A stretch of DNA of 64,000 bases from an uncultured bacterium (lineage in GTDB: Bacteria; Krumholzibacteriota; Krumholzibacteriia; LZORAL124-64-63), in contig CAVSGO010000007.1 in assembly GCA_963727525.1 (NCBI GenBank), positions 805,393-869,392 of the forward strand, in the 5' to 3' direction. Of this stretch, positions 14,503 to 23,141 are shown piece by piece. The translations under genes were made by a program, and so were the position numbers. Positions within the stretch are counted from its first letter, which is position 1. Each line of letters begins with the position of its first letter. A model generated the notes under the pieces. That model was not told the DNA's origin and made no database searches. It was given only the letters and a program-made list of their open reading frames with translations.

Positions 14503-15720
14503 TTGGCTGCAACCACCACATACATCTGGAAGGGCCGCAGCGCCAAGGGCGAGGAGCTCAAGGGCGAGTACGTGGCCGAGGATCGGCGCCATGTCGGCGA
14601 GTACCTGCGCAAGCGCCGCATCGTCATCCAGTCGATCCGCAAGAAGCCGAAGGACATCACGCTGTCCTTTTTGCAGAAGAAGGGCGTGTCGGTCAAGGAC
14701 CTCAGCGTCTTCACGCGCCAGTTCGCGACCATGGTCAACGCCGGACTGCCGCTCGTGCAGTGTCTCGACGTGCTGGCGCGCCAGCAGACGAAGCCGCACA
14801 TGAAGGCCGTCGTCTCCCAGGTCATGATGGACGTGGAGGGTGGGGCCACGCTGGCCGAGGGGCTAGCGAAGGCGCCGAACGTGTTCTCCGAGCTGTATGT
14901 CAACATGATCGCGGCCGGTGAGACGGGTGGTATCCTCGATACGATCCTGCAACGCCTGGCCGTATTCATGGAGAAAGCCGACGCCCTGCAGCGCAAGATC
15001 AAGGGCGCGATGACCTACCCGGCGATCGTGCTCTTCGTGGCCACGGGCGCCTGCATCTTCATGCTCATCGGCGTGATCCCGATCTTCGCCAAGATGTTCT
15101 CCGACTTCGGCGGCGAGCTGCCGGCACCCACACGCGTGGTCATGGGCATGTCCAACTTCCTGCGCCAGAACTGGTACATTCTGGTGGCCGTGGCGGTCGC
15201 GTGCGTCTTCGCCTACAAGCGCGTGCGCGCGAATCCGCGCGGGCAGTACATCACCGACAAGCTCTTCCTGCGCATCCCGATCATCGGCAACGTCCTGCGC
15301 AAGGGTTCCGTGAGCCGCTTCACGCGCACCCTCGGCACGCTCATCGGTTCGGGCGTGCCCATTCTGCAGGGCCTCGAGATCACCTCCAAGACCTCGGGCA
15401 ACCGTGTGCTGCAGGAGGCCATCGAGAACGTGAGCCGCAGCATCAGCCAGGGCGAGACCATCGCGGACCCACTCAAGCGCAGCGGTGTGTTCCCGCCCAT
15501 GGTGGTGCAGATGATCGGCATCGGCGAGCAGACCGGCGCCCTCGACGAGATGCTCTCGAAAGTCGCCGACTTCTACGACGACGAGGTGGACGCCGCGGTC
15601 GAGGCGCTCACGGCCGCGATCGAGCCCATCATGATCGTCGTCATGGGTACCATGGTCGGCGGCATGCTGGTCGCCATGTACCTGCCCATGTTCAAGATGG
15701 CCAGCGTGGTCGGAGGCTAA
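14503..15720 (+). CDS. pilC: type IV pilus inner-membrane platform protein PilC (GspF family)
   Basis: 405 aa, duplicated GspF domains, 'LVQCLDVL', 'GETGG'; TTG start after GGAGG. Confidence 0.85.
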   Translation: MAATTTYIWKGRSAKGEELKGEYVAEDRRHVGEYLRKRRIVIQSIRKKPKDITLSFLQKKGVSVKDLSVFTRQFATMVNAGLPLVQCLDVLARQQTKPHMKAVVSQVMMDVEGGATLAEGLAKAPNVFSELYVNMIAAGETGGILDTILQRLAVFMEKADALQRKIKGAMTYPAIVLFVATGACIFMLIGVIPIFAKMFSDFGGELPAPTRVVMGMSNFLRQNWYILVAVAVACVFAYKRVRANPRGQYITDKLFLRIPIIGNVLRKGSVSRFTRTLGTLIGSGVPILQGLEITSKTSGNRVLQEAIENVSRSISQGETIADPLKRSGVFPPMVVQMIGIGEQTGALDEMLSKVADFYDDEVDAAVEALTAAIEPIMIVVMGTMVGGMLVAMYLPMFKMASVVGG

Positions 15721-15721
15721 C

Positions 15722-17377
15722 GTGTTCGACCTCGACGCACGGCGGACCCAGGACCAGACCACGTCGCTCACGGCGTGGCGCGCCCTGCTCGCAATGTTCC
15801 TCACAGCCGCCGGGTTTGTGATCTACGCGCTGAATAGCGACCAGGTGGGCGCGGTCGCGGTGCTGGTATCCCTGATGCCCGTGGCGTTCGGCTTCGCCCT
15901 CGAGCCGCTGGGCGCGCGCGTGGGCTGGCTGCCGCGGCGTCGTCATGCAGTGCAGATCTCCCTCGACGTGCTCGGCATTGCGAGCCTCAGCCTGGTGACG
16001 GGTTCGGCGGTGACGGCGATCCCGGTCTTCTTCTGTGTGCCCATCGTGCTGTCCGCCGGCTGGCTCGGACGCACGGAAGCCGTGGCGGCCGCGGCCTGGG
16101 CCGCCCTCTTCGCCGTGCTCGTGCCGCTGGTGGGGCGTCATCCCGACGCCGCGGCATCGGCGCTGTTCGTGGCCACGGTGCAGGCTGCGGTGTTCCTGGC
16201 CATCGGCCTCGTGGCCGGCGGCCTCGCCGATCGTCTGCAAGCGCGGCGTCGACGTCAGGCGCGCGCAGAGATGTCGATGGCGCGCACCCGCAGCGAGGTG
16301 CGCAACATCCTCGACAACCTCGGCAGTGGACTCATCACGGTCGATCCCGAGCACCGGATCACGCGCCTCAATCCGGCCGCGCAGCGGATGCTCGGCCTGC
16401 CCGGCGACGAACCCATCGGCCACGCGCTGAGCGACGTGCTCGGCGACAGCCGCCAGGAACTGGTGGCGTGCATCGATGCGGCGCTCGAGAGCGGTCGGCC
16501 GCGCAAGCGTGCGGAAGTGGAGATCGCTGTCGGCGGTGTGGTCGTTCCGCTAGGCCTGAGCGTCGATTTCCTCGATGACGGCTCGGGGAGCGTGGGCGGT
16601 GCGGTGGCGGTGTTCACCGACCTCACCGAGGTGCGGCGGATGCAGGAACACCTGCGTCGGGCCGATCGGCTCGCCGGTGTCGGCGAGCTCGCGGCGAGCA
16701 TCGCCCACGAGATCCGCAACCCTTTGGCCAGCATCCGCGGCAGCGTGGAGATCCTGGCCGGCGAGCTGGACCTGGAAGGGCATCAGGCGCAGTTGCTGAA
16801 GCTCATCCTCAAGGAGAGCGGCCGCGTCAACAAGATCATCGAGGACTTCCTGAACTTCGCCCGCCTGCGGCCCGCCCAGGCCCGAGCGCTGCCCCTGCCC
16901 AGCTTCCTCGCCGACATCGCCCTGCTCGTGCGCCAGCACGTCACCGCGAGCGACGGCGCGGTGGACGTGCAGTGTACGGTCGACCCGCCCCACCTCGCCG
17001 TGCTCGCCGACCCGGAGCAGCTCATCCAGGTGCTGCTGAACCTGGCGATCAACGGCTGCGAGGCGATGCAGTACCGCGGCGTCCTGAACGTGACGGCTCG
17101 CAGCAATGGCGACTGGTGCATCATCGAGGTGACCGACGAGGGCCCGGGCCTCGACCCGGAGGTCCGTTCGCAGGTCTTCACCCCGTTCGTGACGACGAAG
17201 AAGCACGGCACCGGCCTGGGACTGCCCATGGTCGCGCGCATCGTGCACGGCCACGGCGGTACCGTCGAGGCCAACAACCGCCCGCAGGGCGGCGCCATCT
17301 TCACCTTGCGTCTGCCGCTCGCCCCGGAAGCCGCGCAAACCACGCCGGAGACCCAACCGGCGACGATCTCGCAATGA
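15722..17377 (+). CDS. pilS: sensor histidine kinase PilS-like (polytopic membrane domain + PAS + HisKA + HATPase_c)
   Basis: N-terminal ~6 TM helices, PAS 'ILDNLGSGLITVD', H-box 'SIAHEIRNPLASI', G-boxes 'TDEGPGL'/'GTGLGL'; immediately upstream of pilR. Confidence 0.75.
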   Translation: MFDLDARRTQDQTTSLTAWRALLAMFLTAAGFVIYALNSDQVGAVAVLVSLMPVAFGFALEPLGARVGWLPRRRHAVQISLDVLGIASLSLVTGSAVTAIPVFFCVPIVLSAGWLGRTEAVAAAAWAALFAVLVPLVGRHPDAAASALFVATVQAAVFLAIGLVAGGLADRLQARRRRQARAEMSMARTRSEVRNILDNLGSGLITVDPEHRITRLNPAAQRMLGLPGDEPIGHALSDVLGDSRQELVACIDAALESGRPRKRAEVEIAVGGVVVPLGLSVDFLDDGSGSVGGAVAVFTDLTEVRRMQEHLRRADRLAGVGELAASIAHEIRNPLASIRGSVEILAGELDLEGHQAQLLKLILKESGRVNKIIEDFLNFARLRPAQARALPLPSFLADIALLVRQHVTASDGAVDVQCTVDPPHLAVLADPEQLIQVLLNLAINGCEAMQYRGVLNVTARSNGDWCIIEVTDEGPGLDPEVRSQVFTPFVTTKKHGTGLGLPMVARIVHGHGGTVEANNRPQGGAIFTLRLPLAPEAAQTTPETQPATISQ

Positions 17378-17464
17378 TCGCGGAAGGCCCGTCAAGCAGC
17401 GCCGCCGCGTGTCGATAACGGGGCACGCCCCAGAGTCTCGCCGATTGCGTAGAGGAGTTTCACG

Positions 17465-18952
17465 ATGTCACAGGGCCGCATCCTGGTCGTCGATGACGAA
17501 GAATCCATGTGCCAGTACCTGTCGATCCTCCTGAGCAAGGAGGGTTACGAGGTCGCCACCGCCACCTCCGGCGTGGCCGCGCTCCAGCACCTCGAGGGCA
17601 ACGCGTGCGACGTGGTCATGACCGATATCCAGATGCCCAAGATGGACGGGATCCAGCTCCTGAAGGGCGTTCGGGCGATCGAACCGGGCATGCCCGTGGT
17701 CATCATGACCGCTTACGCCACGGAGCAGACGGCGATCGACGCGGTGAACCTGGGCGCCTTCTCGTACCTGCAGAAGCATTGCAAGAATGACGACATCAAG
17801 ATGGTCGTCCGCAACGCGCTGCAGCTGCGTCGCGCGGAGTCGGAGAACAAGCTGCTACGCCGCGAGCTGAAGGGCAAGAAGAGCCGCCAGCGCATCATCG
17901 GCCAGAGCATGCGCATGCGCGCGGTCTTCAAGATGATCGACAAGATCGCTGGTACGCCGGCCACCGTGCTCATCAACGGCGACAGCGGCACCGGCAAGGA
18001 ACTCGTGGCGCGGGCGATCCACGACCGCAGCCGCCGCGCGGGCGGGGCCTTCGTGGCGATCAACTGCGGGGCGATCCCGGAAACCCTGCTCGAGAGCCAG
18101 CTCTTCGGCCACGTGCGCGGCTCGTTCACCGGGGCCGACCGGGACCACGACGGCTTCTGCCAGCAGGCCAACGGCGGCACCATCTTCCTGGACGAGATCG
18201 GCGAGATGCCCCAGAGCACCCAGGTCAAGCTGCTGCGCATGCTCCAGGAGCGCGAGGTGATCCCCGTGGGTAGCTCCACGCCGGTGAAGGTGGACCTGCG
18301 GGTGATCGCGGCCACCAACCGCGATCTCGAGGCCGGCGTCGCGGCAGGCAACTTCCGCACCGATCTCTACTTCCGCCTCAACGTGATCCCTCTCGAACTG
18401 CCGCCCCTGCGCGACCGTACCGAGGACATCCCGCTGCTCGTCGACCACTTCCTGCGTCGCTGCTGCCCCGACGACTACAAGGGCAATCTCAGCACGATGA
18501 TGGACGACGACACGATGCGTGCCCTGCAGAACTACGAGTGGCCGGGCAATGTGCGCGAGCTGGAGAACGTGATCGAACGCGTCAGCATCATGCGCGACGG
18601 CCCCCGGGTCACCCTGCGCGACCTACCCGCCATGATCGCTCAGCCCGGCGCAGAGATGGAACCCTCCCACACTCTGGTGGGCGGCATGGTCACCCTGGAG
18701 GAGCTGGAGAAGGCCCACATCCTCAAGGTGCTCGAGGCCGTGGGCGGTCACAAGAAGCGCGCGGCCGAGGTGCTGGCGATCAACCCCTCGACCCTCTATC
18801 GCAAGCTCCTGCGCTATGGCGTGAACGACATGACAGACGAGGATCGCGCCGAGTTCGGATGCGACGAAACGGACGCCATGGTGGCCGCGGTGGAGGCCTT
18901 GCGCGCCGTGGAGTCGGAGGAGTCGGAAGAAAATTCCCTGGTCGGCCATTAA
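17465..18952 (+). CDS. pilR: sigma54-dependent response regulator PilR (REC + AAA+ EBP + HTH)
   Basis: REC domain with D at 'VVMTDIQMP', Walker A 'GDSGTGKE', GAFTGA-variant 'GSFTGA', C-terminal Fis-type HTH. Confidence 0.85.
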   Translation: MSQGRILVVDDEESMCQYLSILLSKEGYEVATATSGVAALQHLEGNACDVVMTDIQMPKMDGIQLLKGVRAIEPGMPVVIMTAYATEQTAIDAVNLGAFSYLQKHCKNDDIKMVVRNALQLRRAESENKLLRRELKGKKSRQRIIGQSMRMRAVFKMIDKIAGTPATVLINGDSGTGKELVARAIHDRSRRAGGAFVAINCGAIPETLLESQLFGHVRGSFTGADRDHDGFCQQANGGTIFLDEIGEMPQSTQVKLLRMLQEREVIPVGSSTPVKVDLRVIAATNRDLEAGVAAGNFRTDLYFRLNVIPLELPPLRDRTEDIPLLVDHFLRRCCPDDYKGNLSTMMDDDTMRALQNYEWPGNVRELENVIERVSIMRDGPRVTLRDLPAMIAQPGAEMEPSHTLVGGMVTLEELEKAHILKVLEAVGGHKKRAAEVLAINPSTLYRKLLRYGVNDMTDEDRAEFGCDETDAMVAAVEALRAVESEESEENSLVGH

Positions 18953-19084
18953 CTGGCACGGGTTGCCGGGAATCCGGCATCCTGCACGCGCGAATCGCTG
19001 ATAATGCACGGCAAGAGAACGCGCGTGAATATATAAGTTGCTGTGGAGCATTGCGTTGCCGCGGAAGGCGGGCCCGCCGAAACC

Positions 19085-19100
19085 TGGCACGGCCATTGCA
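19085..19100 (+). promoter_or_regulatory. sigma54 (-24/-12) promoter for pilA: TGGCACggccaTTGCA
   Basis: Exact match to TGGCAC-N5-TTGCW consensus ~80 nt upstream of pilA ATG; sigma54-EBP PilR encoded immediately upstream. Confidence 0.6.
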
Positions 19101-19181
19101 AACACACCACCGGCATCAGCGGACACCCGGGGGCACGGGGCCCTCAACCCTGGTCGCAATGACCGGAACAAGGAGGAAGGC

Positions 19182-19583
19182 ATGAATCGCAAGGGCTTTA
19201 CGTTGATTGAGCTCATGATCGTGGTCGTCATCATCGGCATCCTGGCCGCCATCGCGATCCCCAACTTCATCGCCATGCAGGACCGCGCCAAGGAAGCCAA
19301 GGTCAAGAGCGCCGCGCACACCACGCAGCTCGCGGCCGAGGACTGGGCCGTGCGGAACGATGGCATCTACGGCGTCATCGGTGACCTGACCGCGCTGTTC
19401 CCCGGCGGCGTGCTGCTCGACAACGCGTTCACCGGCAACGCGACCGAGCCTTCGGCTGCCGTGGCCGCGGCTGCTGGCCAGATCGGCTACGCGCCGACGG
19501 TCCAGGGCGGCGTGAACGTGGGCTACACGATCACCGGCTTCGGCAAGATTGCCACGGTGATCACGCTGTCCAGCGGCTCCTAG
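19182..19583 (+). CDS. pilA: type IVa major pilin
   Basis: Class III leader 'MNRKG/FTLIELMIVVVIIGILAAIAIPNF' with Gly-1/Phe+1/Glu+5; 134 aa; AGGAGG RBS 19171-19176. Confidence 0.85.
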   Translation: MNRKGFTLIELMIVVVIIGILAAIAIPNFIAMQDRAKEAKVKSAAHTTQLAAEDWAVRNDGIYGVIGDLTALFPGGVLLDNAFTGNATEPSAAVAAAAGQIGYAPTVQGGVNVGYTITGFGKIATVITLSSGS

Positions 19584-19604
19584 TCGATTCGCAGTCCAGC
19601 ACCC

Positions 19605-19640
19605 GAGACGGACCCCCTCCCACGGGGTCCGTCTCTCTTG
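19605..19640 (+). terminator. intrinsic terminator after pilA (12-bp GC-rich stem GAGACGGACCCC/GGGGTCCGTCTC, then TCTT)
   Basis: Perfect inverted repeat with 7-nt loop 22 nt after pilA stop, followed by a T-rich tail. Confidence 0.5.
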
Positions 19641-19710
19641 GTGTGGCACGTCTGTTGCCACGGTAGGAGCGGAACGCCGGATACCGACGACATTCAGCCG
19701 CGAGGACGTC

Positions 19711-20700
19711 ATGATCGACACCACGGTGACCAGAAACCAGGCAGAGCCGACCGCCGCGGTCGCGCCCCGGACGGCCTCGGCCCTGGTCGTCAACGACCTT
19801 CACAAGACCTATCGCCAGGGCTTCTGGGGGCGGCGGGCGAAGCCGGCGGTGGCCGGCGTGAGCTTCGCCGTGCCGCGCGGCTCGGTCTTCGCCCTGCTGG
19901 GGCACAACGGGGCGGGCAAGACGACGACGATGAAGGCCCTGCTGGGGCTCATTCGCCCCGACCGCGGCACGCTGACGATCGAGGGTGTGGATGCGAACCG
20001 TCCGGCGTCGCGTGCACGGGTGGGCTACCTGCCCGAGTCGCCGCACTTTCCCGAGAATCTCAGCGTGCGCGAGTTGCTCGACTACTATGGTCGGTTGTAC
20101 ACGATGCCCGCCGCGCAGCGCCGCGCGCGTATCGATGCGTGCCTCGCGCAGGTGCAGATGAGCGAGTTCGCGGGCCGGCGCGTGGGCGCGTGTTCCAAGG
20201 GCATGCGCCAGCGCGTCGGGCTCGCCCAGGCCCTGCTCAACGAACCCGCGGTGCTGATCCTCGACGAGCCGCAATCGGGCCTCGATCCGCTCGGGCGCAA
20301 GCAGGTGCGTGAGATCCTGCTCGCGCAGAAACGCGCCGGCGTCACCATCCTCTTCTCTTCCCACATCGTGCCCGATGTGGAGGCGGTGGCCGACCAGGTG
20401 GCCATGCTGCACCATGGTCGGCTCACCGAGATTCGCGACCTGGCCCATACCGGCGCAGCCACGCGCTATCGTGCGCGTATTCGCCGTCCGGCCGCCGGCA
20501 GCGAAGCCGCGCGGCTGCTGGCGGGGTGCACCGTCGACGAGCTCGACGCCCAGCGCTGCGACGTCACGGTTGCCGACGCTGGCGAACTGGGCAACCTGCT
20601 CGTCGCCTGCGCCGCCGACGCCGTCGAGGTACTCCACGTGGCCAGCGTGGACACCGATCTCGAGAGCGACTTCCTCGCGAAGCTGGGGGTGGGGTCATGA
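19711..20700 (+). CDS. ABC transporter ATP-binding protein (ABC-2 type), PilH-like by context
   Basis: Walker A 'GHNGAGKTTT', signature 'LSGGMRQRVGLA'-like, Walker B 'ILDEP'. Confidence 0.8.
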   Translation: MIDTTVTRNQAEPTAAVAPRTASALVVNDLHKTYRQGFWGRRAKPAVAGVSFAVPRGSVFALLGHNGAGKTTTMKALLGLIRPDRGTLTIEGVDANRPASRARVGYLPESPHFPENLSVRELLDYYGRLYTMPAAQRRARIDACLAQVQMSEFAGRRVGACSKGMRQRVGLAQALLNEPAVLILDEPQSGLDPLGRKQVREILLAQKRAGVTILFSSHIVPDVEAVADQVAMLHHGRLTEIRDLAHTGAATRYRARIRRPAAGSEAARLLAGCTVDELDAQRCDVTVADAGELGNLLVACAADAVEVLHVASVDTDLESDFLAKLGVGS

Positions 20701-21476
20701 TGACGGAATCCCTGGCACGTGTGGCTGCCGTGGCCGACGGCACCTTCCGCGAGGCGGTGCGCGACCGGCTCTTTGCCCTCGTCGGGTTCTTCGGGCTGCT
20801 GCTCGTGGCCGCCACCACGGTGCTTGCGCCGCTCACCGTGGGCGCGCAGGCCAAGATCGTGGCCGACGTCGGCCTGGCCGGCATGGCGCTCTTCGGACTG
20901 CTCGTCGTGGTGCTCGTGGGCAGCAATCTCGTGCGCAAGGAGATCGACCGCCGCACCCTCGTCACCGTGCTCACCAAGCCGGTGGCGCGCACCGAGTACC
21001 TGCTGGGCAAGTACGCGGGGCTCGCGCTCACGGTGCTGGTCATGCTCGCGCTGATGGGCCTGATCTATCTGGGCGCGGTGGCGCTCACGCCGGCCACCCT
21101 GAGCGGGACGCTGGCGAGTGCGATGGTGCTGGTCTTCCTCGAGCTGCTGGTGCTGACGGCGGCGGCGCTCACGTTCTCCCTGCTCGTCTCGCCGGCCCTG
21201 GCCGCCGTGTTCTCGCTCGCGTTCTACGCGATCGGTCACCTGAGCACGTCGTTGCTGGCCTTCGGCGAGATGGGTGGTCCCGGGTTGCGCCGCACCGTGT
21301 GCCGCGCCGTATTCGCGGTGCTGCCCAACCTCGAGTTCTTCAATCGCCGCGCGGACGTGGTGCACGGCGACCCCGTCGGTCTGGGTTATCTCGGGCTGGC
21401 CGCGCTCTACGCCGGCGTGTACGTGATGCTCTTCCTGCTCCTGGCCCGCGCGCTCTTTGCGCGCAAGGAACTGTGA
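20697..21476 (+). CDS. ABC-2 family transporter permease, PilI-like by context
   Basis: 6 predicted TM helices; ATG overlaps upstream stop (ATGA). Confidence 0.7.
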   Translation: MMTESLARVAAVADGTFREAVRDRLFALVGFFGLLLVAATTVLAPLTVGAQAKIVADVGLAGMALFGLLVVVLVGSNLVRKEIDRRTLVTVLTKPVARTEYLLGKYAGLALTVLVMLALMGLIYLGAVALTPATLSGTLASAMVLVFLELLVLTAAALTFSLLVSPALAAVFSLAFYAIGHLSTSLLAFGEMGGPGLRRTVCRAVFAVLPNLEFFNRRADVVHGDPVGLGYLGLAALYAGVYVMLFLLLARALFARKEL

Positions 21477-22177
21477 TGCGCGCGTTGTGGGGCGTGGTGG
21501 CACTCGCGCTCGTCGCGTCGGCGCCGCTGCTGCAGCACCAACTCGCCGCGCAACCGCGATCCGAACGTGCGCAGGAGCGTCTGTACTATCCCGACGGCGC
21601 GCATCTGCACGCGGCGTCGCTCGGCTTCAGCGCGCCGGCAGCCGACTACCTCTGGCTGCAGACCACGCAGTACTACGGCGCCTATCGCTGCGGCGAGCAC
21701 GACCTGCAGTATTTCGACGGCCTGGTCGCCGCCGTCACGCAACTCGACCCGCGCTTCGTCGACGCCTACGTCTTCTACTCCCTGGTCCTCTGCATGGACA
21801 CCGGCGAGTACGACCACGCCGTCGACCAGCTCAAGCGCGGTATCCTCGCCAATCCCGGCGACTGGCAGTTGCCCTTCAACGTGGGCTTCATCTACTACGT
21901 CTTCGAGCATCGGTACGACGAGGCCTCGATGTGGTTCGAGCACGCGGCCAGCCTCGACGGTGCCAGCGACTTCTGCCGCCGCTTCGCCGCGTTCGCCAAG
22001 CGGCGCAGCGGCGATCGTCGGGGCTCGTTGTTGCTGTGGCAGGAACTGCGTCGCACCACCGATAGTCCGGACATGCGGGCCCTCGCCGACACGATGATCG
22101 GCAAGCTGCAAGGCGAAATGCAGAACGACGGGTTGCCGCAGCACGCACCGTCGAATCCCGCGAAAGCAGGTCTGTGA
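21476..22177 (+). CDS. secreted/periplasmic helical (TPR-like) accessory protein of the pil-embedded ABC system
   Basis: Signal peptide 'MRALWGVVALALVASAPLL', aromatic-rich helical repeats; start overlaps permease stop (TGATG). Confidence 0.45.
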   Translation: MRALWGVVALALVASAPLLQHQLAAQPRSERAQERLYYPDGAHLHAASLGFSAPAADYLWLQTTQYYGAYRCGEHDLQYFDGLVAAVTQLDPRFVDAYVFYSLVLCMDTGEYDHAVDQLKRGILANPGDWQLPFNVGFIYYVFEHRYDEASMWFEHAASLDGASDFCRRFAAFAKRRSGDRRGSLLLWQELRRTTDSPDMRALADTMIGKLQGEMQNDGLPQHAPSNPAKAGL

Positions 22178-22938
22178 TGACCCTCGTGATCGTCCTTGCC
22201 GCACTTCTCGGGGCCTGCCTGGGCAGCTTCGGGAACGTGCTCATCTACCGTTTGCCCCGCAACGAGAGCCCGGCCCGCGGCCGCTCGCGCTGCCCCGCGT
22301 GCGGGGAGACCATCGCTTGGTACGACAACGTTCCCGTGCTGAGCTGGGTCCTGCTGCGCGGCCATTGTCGCCGCTGCCACACCGGCATCAGCGTACGCTA
22401 TCCGCTGGTCGAACTGGCCGGGGCGGCCTTCGCCACCTTGGCCGTCGCCCTGCTCGGACTGACCTGGGCGGCCCTCGCGGCTTTCATCTTCCTCTACCTG
22501 CTGGGCGCGATCGCCCTGATCGACTGGCAGCACATGATCATCCCGCACACCCTCTCGGTGGCGGGCATGGCCTGCGGCCTCGCCCTCGCGCCTCGCACCG
22601 GCCTCGGGATCGGGCATGCGTTGCTCGGGATGGGGGTGGGCGCGGCCGTGGTGCTGGCCCTGTCGTACGGCTACAAGCTGGTGCGCGGACAGGTAGGCAT
22701 GGGTGACGGCGATGCCATGCTCATGGCCATGGTGGGCGCGTTCCTCGGACCCTGGGGCGTGGTGGGGGTGCTGGGGGGCGGCGCGCTGCTGGGCACGCTC
22801 TACGCCGTGGTGCGCGGCGGCGGACGCCTGGCCGGCGAGGCCAAGCTTCCCTTCGGCACTTTTCTCGCGGCGGCGGCGGCGGTGGTCTTCTGGGCCGGAC
22901 CCGCGATCTGGCACTGGTATTCCGGCCTGTTCGCGTGA
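22174..22938 (+). CDS. pilD: prepilin peptidase / N-methyltransferase (A24 family)
   Basis: Tetracysteine 'CPACGETI...CRRC', polytopic membrane topology, conserved 'ALIDWQHMIIP'. Confidence 0.85.
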   Translation: MMTLVIVLAALLGACLGSFGNVLIYRLPRNESPARGRSRCPACGETIAWYDNVPVLSWVLLRGHCRRCHTGISVRYPLVELAGAAFATLAVALLGLTWAALAAFIFLYLLGAIALIDWQHMIIPHTLSVAGMACGLALAPRTGLGIGHALLGMGVGAAVVLALSYGYKLVRGQVGMGDGDAMLMAMVGAFLGPWGVVGVLGGGALLGTLYAVVRGGGRLAGEAKLPFGTFLAAAAAVVFWAGPAIWHWYSGLFA

Positions 22939-23141
22939 TGCGGCAGCTTCTGCCGCCGCGCGTGCACGATGCACAGGCGGTGGGTCTCGATGGCGCCTTC
23001 TGCCCACCATCTCCCGGCGATAACGCTCAAGTGCCCTTGATTCCGGACGATTCAACTTCTGGCATGCATGTTGCCCCGTGATGCGGGCGGCGCCCGATCC
23101 GGGCGTGATGGGATCGATCACCAGTCTAGAGGACGGCAGCG

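Noticed and set aside
18955-18970. TGGCACgggTTGCC sigma54-like motif right after pilR
   Set aside because: GG-GC spacing is 8 not 10 nt; kept only as a possible UAS half-site
20309-21475. 5' part of the 622-aa ORF 20309-22177
   Set aside because: Overlaps the ABC ATPase and permease in another frame with Arg/Ala/Pro-rich junk; only the last 702 nt (from ATG 21476, signal peptide) is credible
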